Both the position numbers and the translations under genes were made by a program. Below, piece by piece: positions 12,850 to 23,705 of a stretch of 64,000 bases of DNA. The DNA comes from Marsupella aquatica. Taxonomy: Eukaryota > Plantae > Marchantiophyta. Every line of letters starts with the position of its first letter. Positions within the stretch are counted from its first letter, which is position 1. The notes under the pieces were generated by a model that ran no database searches, was not told where the DNA came from, and was given only the letters and a program-made list of their open reading frames with translations. The DNA lies in assembly GCA_973895155.1 (NCBI GenBank), contig OZ316894.1, positions 24,116,709 to 24,180,708 on the forward strand, read 5' to 3'.

Positions 12850-13722
12850 ATGGAGCCTGGTAAACGTAGAAAGTGTGACCACCCAGCAGTGTTTACAGGG
12901 GTCAGAGCGATTTTGGTCCATGGCCAGCATGGGTTGACCAAAGTGCATTGGCCAACTGTACAGAAACGATTCTCTGAGCTCCATGGCACTGTAGTTCAGG
13001 ACATCACTCCAGAGACTACACATGTTGTTGCAGGGACATGGCTATCAGTGATAAAGAAGTGGTCATGGTCCTACATGAATTCTGCAATTACTAAGCAAGG
13101 CCTAAAAGTAGTTGAGGCCTCTTGGATCACAGATTCCATAGCACATAAGATTGTACAGGATACTGAGCAATATGAGTTGTGGGAGGATGAAGAAGCTTCT
13201 GCATCAGCTTGGGCTGAACAAGAAGTCTGGGAAGCAAAGGCACGGCTTGCTGATCTCCAATATGGACCTGTACTCAACAAAGGACAGAGCTCTACAAGGC
13301 TGAAGTGTATGTTGGCTGAGGAGACGAAGCAACCAACCCCCATTCTGAAAGGGCTGAGCATGGTATTTGTGGAGGCGGGAATTGGAGAGGTTAAGTGCAA
13401 AGTGTACAAGTCCACAGTGCTTGACCTAGGTGGGACAGTGGAGGAGAATATAACAGAGGACACCACTCATGTCATTACTAAGTCATATCCCAAAGCCTGC
13501 CGCAAGTTTGGGAAGGGAGACATTCGCTTTTATGTCATGTCCCATAATGTGTTTGTGGTTTCATATGCTTGGCTTGTGGAATCAGTAGCAGCTGGGAAGC
13601 GTCAAAACCCAATGGACTATGATCTTTTTGAGGCCTGGCCACGGAAGGGTCAGGATCCTTACAGAGAGGACTATGAGACAACAAGTGAGGAATGGGTCAT
13701 TAGCGATTCTGAATCAGAGTGA
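12850..13722 (+). CDS. Double BRCT-domain protein (DNA polymerase lambda-like BRCTs), transposon cargo
   Basis: Two BRCT repeats: FTGV..HGTVVQDITPETTHVV..WITDSI..YEL and LKGL..LGGTVEENITEDTTHVI..WLVESV..YDL. The N-terminus has an NLS-like GKRRK and the tail is acidic. The second repeat (VFVEAG..KFGK..YAWLVESV..GK..N..Y.L) resembles the recalled plant Pol lambda BRCT. Confidence 0.88.
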   Translation: MEPGKRRKCDHPAVFTGVRAILVHGQHGLTKVHWPTVQKRFSELHGTVVQDITPETTHVVAGTWLSVIKKWSWSYMNSAITKQGLKVVEASWITDSIAHKIVQDTEQYELWEDEEASASAWAEQEVWEAKARLADLQYGPVLNKGQSSTRLKCMLAEETKQPTPILKGLSMVFVEAGIGEVKCKVYKSTVLDLGGTVEENITEDTTHVITKSYPKACRKFGKGDIRFYVMSHNVFVVSYAWLVESVAAGKRQNPMDYDLFEAWPRKGQDPYREDYETTSEEWVISDSESE

Positions 13723-14155
13723 GGAGTAGTAGCATCAGTTTGGACACAAGTTTTTTTGTATAAATCAGATCATTGAAATAAATGTGATCTTTGAACTAAT
13801 GTACCTTGTTATGGTTGGTGGCAGTTGGGCTTATTTTACTGTTGGCGGATTGTTGTTTCCTGCTGCCTGGGGGTGTCACTGTAAACGTACATGCAGAGGC
13901 GGTACATTTGAGGACAGCGGAGGAGGTGGTGACACCCTCCAACATTTAGGAATTTTGTGTCATTCACTTGACAATAGGTACACTACTTGCGAACCTGTTT
14001 TTTTCTTTTGGGGTGGTTTAGGGTTTGTGAGAATTTAGTACACGTTATGTTAACTCTTTTGGCAGATACAATCAGGGATATATGGAACACAAATACCACC
14101 ATTAGGCATCCTTGTTCACTGCTGTCCATGACTGCAGAGCTCCCAGCCTGTTACA

Positions 14156-17100
14156 ATGCACCCTAGTCACCACCCTCCCCAGACCCAGCCCAGGGCACAG
14201 GCACTGCCTTTGCATCATCCCACAAGGATATCACGCCATGATAATAAGCTTTGGCAGCGTGAAAGGTTACGAACCAGACTTTCAGGAGCCAGTAGGATGA
14301 GATGTCCTTGTGCAATCTGCCAAGGATCCCGTACCAGGGGTCTGAATGAGGTTTGGCGGCATATCGCGGTTCATGGAAGAGATCCACGACATCGAGTTTG
14401 GAATGATCCTGCAGAGGAAGATTCTTCCGACGAGGAGTGGAGGTTAGAATTTGATGCTGCCAATGCTGCAAGACGGGCAAGTGAGGTTCTGCCTGGTGCA
14501 TTTGAAAATGTTGTAGCTGGTCTCTGTGGGTTGTCAGCTCTCCAACGGGATGGTGCTCAAGCAGCACCACGTGACGAAGGAATTCATGTGGAAGAGATGG
14601 TGAGAGACATCTTCCAAGACTTGGATGCATTTCATGATGGGCTGGACAATGAAGAGGATACGGCTACAGATGCAAGTGTGCCCCCTGTCGAAGAGCCTCT
14701 TGATGAGTTTGAGATAGGGCAGGAAACCCCTGGGCATGATGGGATGTTTGGCTCTCCCCTGCAAATACAGGAAGGCAGGAAGTCTTTGTACCCCGGTAGC
14801 AAATGTTCTAAACTGGGATTTGTCATCATGTTCCTGAACATTTGCGGCAACCACAATGTCCCCAACATTTTGGTTTCTGAGTTGTTGGCATTCTTGCGAA
14901 CAACTGTGCTACCAGATGGTAATATTTTGCCCAAGAACATGTACGAGGCAAAAAGATGCATATCTAATCTTGGATTGAACTATGATTCGATCCATGCCTG
15001 TCCTGATGGGCATGTTCTTTTCAGAAAGGAGTATAAAGAATCGTTGACATGCCCTAAGTGTGGGAAGCACAGGTATCGGAACTCAGGAAAGTCTATGGTT
15101 CCCGCCAAGGTACTTCGTCATTTTCCACTCATTCCCAGACTTCAGCGGATGTTCAGAAGCCGTGCCATCTCGGAGATGATGACTTGGGCAACTGACAAGA
15201 AAAGTGATGATGGGCTACAACGACATGCTGCAGATTCAAGGCAATGGAAACTCATAGATGAGATGTATCCCGAATTTGCTGCTAAGCCGAGGAATGTCAG
15301 ACTTGGGCTGTCATTGGATGGGGTAAACCCATTTGGAGACAAGAACAACAAATTTTCGTGCTGGCCTGTAACTATTTTGAATTATAACCTTCCTCCTTGG
15401 ATGACTACAAAGCGATTTTTTGTTCTGATGGTCCTACTGATACCAGGGCCAGACAGTGCTGTATCTGCCAACATAGATGTGTTTCTGGCTCCCCTAGTGG
15501 AGGAATTGAGAAAGCTTTGGGAGGAAGGAGTTCTCACATATGATGTCCTACAGAGGCTTGGGAGGTTAAACCCATTCATCCTTAGAGCCATTGTCATTCT
15601 GACTATAGCTGACTACCCAGCCCATGGGATGATATCAGGCCAAACAACAAAAGGATATTGTGCTTGTACTATCTGTGGGCGCAATGTCACCAGTGAGTAC
15701 TCCAGAGCCCTGCAGAAAGTGATATACATGGGCCATCGTCGTTTTCTGAAGGCAGATCACCCTTACAGAGAAAGACAGGCACTGATTGCACACTTTGGCA
15801 ATGAGATTGAGCAACGTGGACCCCCGGCACGAGTGACCAAAGAGGAGATCAGGCAGTGGGGAGCACTGAGGGATGACTATATCAAACGAGGGGGCAGGGA
15901 AGATGGAGTGAGTGATCCAATAAAGCGATATGGTGTAAAAAGACTGAGCATATTGGACTTGGAGCTCAAGTACTGGAGGGTAAGCCTCTTGGAGTTGATG
16001 CTAATTGGGATACATGTTTTGGTTCAGAGCATGTGCATTCATTTCGAAGAGAGAGACTAAACTTGAGGCATTTCCTGACGCTTTTGCATTGCAACGATGC
16101 AGGAGTTTGAGCCAAGCAAACATAACATTGATGTTATGCACATTGAAAAGAATATTTGTGAGAGTCTACTCAGATTCTTGTGTGGAGAGAAAGACACTGG
16201 TTCAGTGAGATTGGATCTTGAACAGAGGGGAATGAAACCCCATCTTTGGTTGAGGCCACATGCCCACAGAGCTAATGTGCTCTTGAAGTACCAAGCGCCC
16301 TATGTTCTGACAGACACAGAGTGGGAACTATTTGTGCAGAGGTTGAGTTCTTTAAAGGTTCCTTCAAACTATGGCAGTGCTTTCAAGAAGCATATCATGA
16401 CTAGAAAGCTTGGTAGTATGAAAAGCCATGACTACCATATGTTGATGCAACAGGTGTTGCCTTTATGCCTGAGGGGCCTGTTGCAGAAGCCTGTTCGTAC
16501 TGTGATCATGCGACTCAGTGATATGTTTCGTCGTATTTGTGTGAAGGTTTGGGATGAAACACACTTCCCACAACTGACAGAAGATGTCGCTCAGGTGCTG
16601 TGTGACCTGGAGATTTATTTTCCTCCCGCATTTTTTGATGTCATGACCCACCTACTTGTCCATGTTGTGGAAGAGCTACACCAATTTGGGCCTGTGAGTG
16701 CTCGTTGGTTGTACCCTTTGGAACGGTACATGAAGCTACTCAAAGGTCACGTGAGAACATATTACAAACCTGAAGCAAGCATGGCTAAAGGTTACATCAA
16801 GGATGAGACTCTGGGATTTCTGACCGAATACATAGCACAATATGAGCATGTGAAGACCAGGGTGTGGAATTCTGATGAGGAGGAAGGGGTGATAGGTGAA
16901 GTACTGGAAGGGGCTGCAACCACAAAGAACCTGACCATATCTATGAGAGACTTGGCACATGACTTTGTATTGCACAACACTGTGGTGATGGAACCCTGGA
17001 TACAGTGAGTGCATACATGTGCTATAATCCAGTTCATGAGCTTAAATGTTGTGTTCGTGTGGTTTTCTCCTTCAGCCTGTTCATGTTTACCCAAGCTAAT

Positions 17101-17887
17101 GTTGTGTGGTTGTTCGTTCAGGGAGTATGAGTCATTGAAGGCGGCCCATCCCACTGCAGGAACAACTTTTCCAGGTTTCATGGAGTGGATCAGAGTGGCA
17201 ATTAGAGAGCATCACGAGACCCACCCAGACATGGATGCAGATGTTTACCTACTGTCTAATGCCCCTAGCCTGAAAGTGAAGACTTCCAAACGGATGAGAG
17301 CATATGGGAATCACTTCCGAGTGAAGGATGGTGACAGTGCCTACAGGGTGACGAATGACTGCGGGCTCATCACTGTATTTGAGCAACAGAGCCACAATCA
17401 CGACAGGGCCTGGATGGAGATGGGATATGTGGGAGAATTAGTTGACATATGGGCTCTGGACTATGGGGCGGTGTCCAGTCCTGTGATTCTTATGAAAGGT
17501 TCATGGGTGCGGCAGGATTGGCTTGGTAACAGGGCTACCATGAAGAGAGACAACGACGGTTTCTTGCTGGCCAATTTCAGAGGGAAATTGCCCGAATGGT
17601 CTGAGCCATTTGTGTTTCCTAGTCAGGTGGAGCAAGCTTTCTTCCTGGATGTGGAAGACTCCCCAGGTTGGCGTGTAGTGTGTCATAAACAGGCCAGGCA
17701 ACGTCGGATGGAAGGATCAAACCTTGAGTTTCATTTACACTCTCATAGTGCCTTTGATCGTCGGCGTTCAGACCAAGTGCCTGTAGTTCATGATAGCGGG
17801 GACTTCATTCCTGTGACAAGGGTAGATGCATTTGCTGAAGGAGGCGAATTCAGAGATGCAGATGCCAACAGTGTGCCTGTGCCATGA
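14156..17887 (+). CDS. CACTA TnpD/TNP2 DDE transposase, 3 exons (14156-15979, 16103-17004, 17122-17887), apparently intact
   Basis: CPCAIC zinc motif; IHACPDGHVLF; RNVRLGLSLDGVNPF; YNLPPW; DYPA; DVMHIEKNI; KSHDYH; WLYPLERY; EPFVFPSQVEQAFF. The GT-AG introns preserve the reading frame. Confidence 0.95.
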
Positions 17888-18043
17888 GTAATGTGAATTG
17901 TTTGCATGGACATTAGTGAGGGGAAGGATGTGTAATAAAGTAATTCTGAAGCAACACAGATGTATGGATGGATGCCTGGTGATTGTGGTTGCATTGTGTT
18001 ATACGGGGTGACCATAGATGACATGTTTTTGTGGTCCAGTAGG

Positions 18044-21000
18044 ATGGAACAGAGTGACACAGAGATGTGTGAGTATGAAAGGAAAGCTATGGAACAACGA
18101 GCATACGTGAAAGCCAAAATCGTAGAACTGGATCTGGAAAAGGATGTGGCTGAATTGTAAGGGAACGATTCTCAACTACACCCCTCCGCTGAGTTTGTGT
18201 GACATGAATAGTTCAATGTGGCACTGAAATTGTGACTGTATTCTCATATTGGAATGTCGCAGAGCCACAGCATTTTCAAAGAAACAAAAGGAGTATGCAA
18301 GAAGGGTGACCAGCACTATCTCTGGGCCTGTGCGTCGGAGTGACAGGTTGAGCAAGAAGGTCGTACCTACAATGGCAGAATGTGGAGATGACATTGATGC
18401 TGCACAGGTGGGTGCAGACACTAGACAAGAAGATGCAGATGATGAGTATTTTCCAGAGGAAATGGATGAGGATGGGGGTTATGAAGATGAATACATTGCA
18501 GAGCAGCCCCAAAAGAAACATGTAAGTAGTTTTCCCAACAAGGTTTTGAGTTAAAAACTCTTGTTTAGAGGTTTCATATGTTCAGTACTACACATATGTA
18601 CCTTGCTTAGTTCCTGACATTGTAGTTGGTGATGTGATGCAGCGTCCTGCCAGTTATGTTTTGCCTTCGAAGCCTGTGCATGCACCATACCAGCAGGGGG
18701 GGCTGACCTCTGATCAAGGTTGGCGAGGTGGTAGTAGTGGTAGATCCCAGGCTGGTGCCCAATACTATGGCAGGGGGCAAGCTCTAGGTTATGCCCGTGG
18801 TAGAGGCAGAGCAGGTCCAAACCCACAATCTCGTGGGTATGGACGTCCACCTCAACCATGGGGATGTGAGTATATATCTATATGCCAGTTCTTTGTGAAG
18901 GCATGGCACTCCTGAATTTCAGACTGCATATCAATTTTTGACATTGTTTGGGATGTATTGGATTCAGACAACATGAAATTCTGTCCACCTGCCATTGCAT
19001 GCAGATTCTGCCCAACCTGATTGGGCAAATGCTAGTAATGATCAGTTCCAATGTCCACAAGGACAGACATGGGTTGAACCAGGTTGGGAGGATGGTGGTG
19101 GGTCGTGGAATGAACAAGGTTGGGAAGGTGGTGAAGGTAATTGGCAGGGATATCAAAATTCAGTACCTACAAACGCTGGAAGAGGAGCAGGTAATGTCTG
19201 ATCTTGTCAGCAATGGAAGAACTCATTATATGTGGAGTCCATTCACGTGGGGGGGACTCTGCACATGTATAATGATAGAAAATGTATGTGTGCAGGTTGG
19301 ACAGTCGAACCATCGACTCAAGTATTCACTAATGCCCCTATGCAGATGCAGCACGGAAGGGGGACAGGTATGTCGGTGAATGTTCAGTTGTTTTCCTACA
19401 GTTTGTACTTAGTTTTCAGTACATATGTTTGCACACACATACCTAGAAAGTGACATCATCCGGCCCCTGTACTAGGCTGGACAGGTGGTCCAGGGTCGCA
19501 ACAATTTCAGAGTGCAGTCCCTGCACAGGCATCTACAGGCAGAGCTACAGGTATGTATGTTTGAAGAATTTTTCTTGAAGTAAAGCATTGAATGTTGCCG
19601 TCATCCATTCTGCTATATGTAGTTCTCAAGCATGAATGGCATTGTATTTTCCCAGGTGGCTTCAGAACCCCAGGTAGGGTGAATGAAGGGGTGGCCAATA
19701 CAACGCCCAGTACTACCGAGAGCAGTGCACGAGGGGAGGTGACAAAGAAAGGGAACGTAAAGTTGAATGAGAGACAATGGGTGGATGCTGAGTGTCCTCG
19801 CAAGAACCGATGGCATGCTGATTTGAAAGCTGAAGTATTGCGTTGGTTAGATGTGAGTGTTATTAATTTTAAAAAATAGCATCCAAAAGATTGGAAGACT
19901 GTATGTGAAAATGTTGCTGCCAAATGGAATTATGTGGGCAGTGATGATGGCGTGGACATAGGTTGCCTAGAGAGTACAGCAGGTAAAATTATCAAGCAAG
20001 AGAGGTGGAGAATGCATAAGGCTTGGAAGGAAGGTGGGGAGAAGCCAGATATGCCTCCACCAGCCAGTTGTGATGATAAAGTGTGGGCAAGGTTAGTAGC
20101 TTATTTTGTAACAGATGCTTCAAAAAAGAAGAGTTCACAGATGACCGAGGCCAGGTTGAGTGTTCAGAACCCTAATCTGACAGGAAGGACCGGCACTGCA
20201 CCGACAGCTAAACGTTTGGTAAGAATGAATGGCCTAGCTATGTAATTTATGCTCCACTATGTACTATTTTTTAGTGTAAACCCATACATGTAAACTTTGT
20301 TTTTTAGTGTACGTTCCCTGAATATTGATCGATAACTTGTGTTTGCCATGCATGTGCAGAAAGCCCAATTGGGGCAAAGCCCTTCAAAAGAAGAGTTGAG
20401 GGCTGAAATTGTGAACACCCGGGCTCAAGAGGGTGCATCTGAATCCTCCAAGCATGTAAGTTATATGAGTTCTGATTGGTAATTGAATGACCTGCGTTGA
20501 ATTTTAGGTGTACACTGTATATAACATTGATTGTGCATATATTGCCCAACATTTCATATGGAGTGATTGAACCTATACCCCTGTGTCATGTAGGGAGGTG
20601 GATCTTCACTTACAGAGATAAGTGGTCGTTTGAAGGCTGTCGAAACATGTCTTCCAGAGATCAATGAACGTTTGAATTCATTGACTGACTTGTTCCATGT
20701 GAACTTCAAGACATTAATGGAAGCTGTTGTGTCGGTGAGAGATAAAATTGATTCCAATTCTGCAGGAGTTCCACCATCACCACTTGAGGTGGCAAAGTTG
20801 ATGCACTCTTCTGGCATGCCAACGACATGTAGGCTTGAAGGTAAGGCCTTTACAACTGTGTGGGATATGATTATTAAATGTATAGTTTGAATTGACATTG
20901 TTTGTTGAATGTGTTATTTTCAGTAACATATATTGTGGTTGTTGTGTCCATAGAGAATAAGACAGGTGCTACAGAGAAGAAGTATGAGAACCTGGCAAAT

Positions 21001-21750
21001 ACTCGCTGTAATTTAGAGGCAACAAAGTTGCAGTCTGTACAAGCAACTTGTTTGACAGAGGGCAGTCAACCATGTTTGGATGAGGATGACATTGGCAAGG
21101 GAGTGGATGATATCAATGTTGGGGCAAATGAGGATATCAGCAAGCATGACAATGATACCATTGAGCCAGATTCATGCTATGTAGATCTTGACTCCATTGC
21201 AGAGATAAATGATTTGCAGAATGTATCATTCTCAATGACAGGTGTGCCTCTTGTTGAGATAAATCCAACCAAAGAGTTAGTTGGTATGACACTCCCAGGT
21301 GATGAACCTGCTACTGTGATAGTCCTAACAGAGGAACCTACTGAGCCTAGCTTCACTACTGTGAAGAGAGGAAGCATGCGCACACGAAGCAAGTCTGCTG
21401 GTGGGAGCAGAGCCATGTCAAAGGTTTCATACAAACCTCCAAGAACAGTGCTGGCAGAAAGATCTAAGGTGGAAGTGGGGAAAGCACCTAATGCTGAGGG
21501 ACAAAGTGGCTTGTTAGCTGTTGATGAGAGTGGAACACGAGTAGGATTTGCCAGAGTGCAGGTTGGTTCCACAACGTTCCATGGCAAGAGGATTCCCCCA
21601 GGTTATTCAGTAGTGTTAGTCACATTACTAGTGAAACCTAAAGCTGTCCTTCCCATTCCAAACACAAATGATGATCCTCCTCAAAAGACACTTGGAGATG
21701 CTGCAGGTTCTTTGGTATTATGGCCAAGCAAGTTCATAGAGGATCCATAA
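18044..21750 (+). pseudogene. CACTA TnpA/TNP1-like multi-exon gene with an in-frame nonsense codon at 19877-19879
   Basis: N-terminal EYERK helix; central RW..DL..LD.SV..W.YVG..ERWRMHK..W..LVAYF..S.QMTEAR block; C-terminal FHGKRIPPGYSVV..LPIP..TLGDAAGSLVLWP (TNP1-type). The TAG aligns with a Q in CACTA-3. Exon borders are only partly resolved. Confidence 0.8.
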
Positions 21751-22249
21751 CAATGTCATGCCATTATTTGTTTGTAGTGTGAGTCATGTTATGTAGATTT
21801 TAGATGTCAAGAAGCAGTACAAGAATCATGTCCTCTTGGAGATTCATAGTATCATGCATGTGCTTTCAGTTATCTCATCCTACAGTCATCAATTATGAGT
21901 TCCTGTTTTGTCTAAATTACATTGATCACATTGTAAACTATTCCATTGGAATTCAAATGATCTTCATTTTTTAGCAAGATTGTGATTGTGTTTAATTCTT
22001 ATGAATGTTTTATGTAGGATCTGCTTATATGATGCTTTGTTTCATGTGGATGTCATTCATGCTATGTTCATTTCTTGTATTCAATGTGTTATATTTCTAA
22101 AGTTAGAACATCAGGTTTCTATGTAATGTAATGTCGAGTGCTCTCTCTCCTTATGAACTGTCCCTCTGTGTTCATTAGTCATGGTTATAACTTGCATGTG
22201 AACCTTATTAGTTATAAACATGAGTATATAGAGTCCCAAATGGTTCTGT

Positions 22250-22600
22250 TGTGTGACGCGGGCCAGGGTCTCCATTGGTCTCTCCTGTGACACTAAATAG
22301 TCACACGCTAGTCGTTGTTGAATGCGGGTAAGTCATGTATGTGACTTACGATGTGACTCGCTGAAGTCATATTGCAGTCACGTCGAAACAAGGCTAGACT
22401 CCACAATAAAGTCACAGATCAGTCACAAATGGGTATCAAGCAAGTTGCAAAGCCCAGTATCAATAGTGACTTCCATTTTTTGGTCTCAACTTTTGCAACT
22501 CCAAGGGTCACAGCGTGGGTCAAGTCACGTTGAGTCACAATGAAGTCACATGAGCCAAAATGAGTCATATATTGCGGTCTCAGTTCACCTCGGATTCTTC
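22250..22600. repeat. CACTA-1 right subterminal region rich in short (A/G)GTCA(C/T)/TGAC motifs
   Basis: Dense agtcac, agtcat and gtgact copies in both orientations next to the TIR, typical of CACTA subterminal repeats. Confidence 0.7.
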
Positions 22601-22608
22601 TAGTGCTG

Positions 22609-22908
22609 GTACCTCTAAAATAGGGGACAGTCAAGTCCTCTCCAACAGAGATAAGTCTCTCTCCCTCCTGGCTCAACTGGTACACCTCAAAAACAACAGC
22701 GGTGGTACACACATCAGCTGAACCTCTAGTAGAACTCCGAAAAGTGCCAGCTCGGGGTGGACGAAGAAAATCGGCAATGATGGACCCATGCACCATATCC
22801 CAAGGAAGAAAAAGTAAGGAACTCAAGCCCATCTCTACCAGGTTACCTAGGACCTGTAGGTAAGGTCACCCTGATGGCCTTACTAATTGGTAAGCTTCTG
22901 GTGGCCAT
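22609..22908 (-). pseudogene. Retrotransposon accessory ORF, N-terminal part (separated by CACTA-1)
   Basis: MGLSSLLFLPW..VVFEVYQLSQEGERL..PYFRGT continues in frame into 4460 and below. An upstream ATG at 22908 needs a frameshift to join. Confidence 0.65.
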
Positions 22909-23705
22909 AGCTCAGAAAATCTGAGAAGGCTCTAGAGCTCTCCTCCTAAAAATGGTTAAGCATTGAGGCTCAAGAATGAAATCTCAGGGATCTAAGGTAG
23001 TTGCGCTACTATCAATGGGAGAAGGAATGAACTGAAAAGAGATAGAAATGAAGGAGCTCTGATCAGGCGAAGCTCTCAAAATTGCAATTTCTTCAATTCC
23101 AAGAAATCAGAGAGCATCGATGACCCAATACTCCTCAACATCTCATCAATAGCAGTTCAGAATCGGGGTGAACATTCTCTAGGCAGCTGCACTCCTATAG
23201 CAATTGAAATGAGCTCGAATGGTGGTCTAACAAGTGAGCACTGAGGGTCAAAGCTCGCGCCCTACTGCCGGCCACCTTGGACGTCCCTCAAAGAAAACTG
23301 GAGAAAAAGGTTTGGGCCGGCGCGGACGTCACATTAGGTCGTGGCGGGGTGGACGTCCCGAACGTCCCTACGTGGAGGCCGTCCAAGACGTCCTTGAGTT
23401 TTTCATGCGGGCCAGCGTGGAAGGAGTCGGCCGTCCTTGCAAAAAATGGGTGCCGTCCCGGCCGTCCCTACGAGGAGGCCGTCCAGGCCGTCACCTCATT
23501 TTTGAAGCTCCTTTCAACTTCTTGCCGTCTTGACGTCTAATATGTGAAAACCAGAGTAGCCTTGACATCTTCCAATGGTATCCTTACCCATTTGAGCTTA
23601 TACTAACTTAATTTTGCTTAAAGGGCCTTATAAAAACTTAATAATTTTTAAAAATTTATGGTTTTGATACTTTAACTCTCTTTTTGGAATAATCACCTAA
23701 TTACA

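Larger units (their letters stand above)
4461..22605 (+). mobile_element. CACTA/En-Spm transposon 1, full length (18.1 kb), with cargo genes
   Basis: TIRs CACTAGAAGAA at 4461 and TTCTTCTAGTG ending 22605. 3-bp TSD CTG (4458-4460 and 22606-22608). Encodes TnpD and TnpA. Removing it rejoins the host ORF (PYFRGT|RDRRSGW). Confidence 0.97.
2031..23705 (-). mobile_element. LTR-retrotransposon-type insertion (about 3.5 kb excluding the nested CACTA); solo-LTR-like or internally deleted
   Basis: Begins TG (2031) and ends CA (23705). Flanked by the 5-bp direct repeat CTCCT (2026-2030 and 23706-23710). Removing it restores the Helitron frame AAEGVWRIN. I saw no gag/pol and no paired LTRs. Confidence 0.85.

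Noticed and set aside
11577-13722. Host EDM2 and Pol lambda genes in their native locus
   Set aside because: Both lack the other domains and introns, and both lie between matched TIRs with a TSD.
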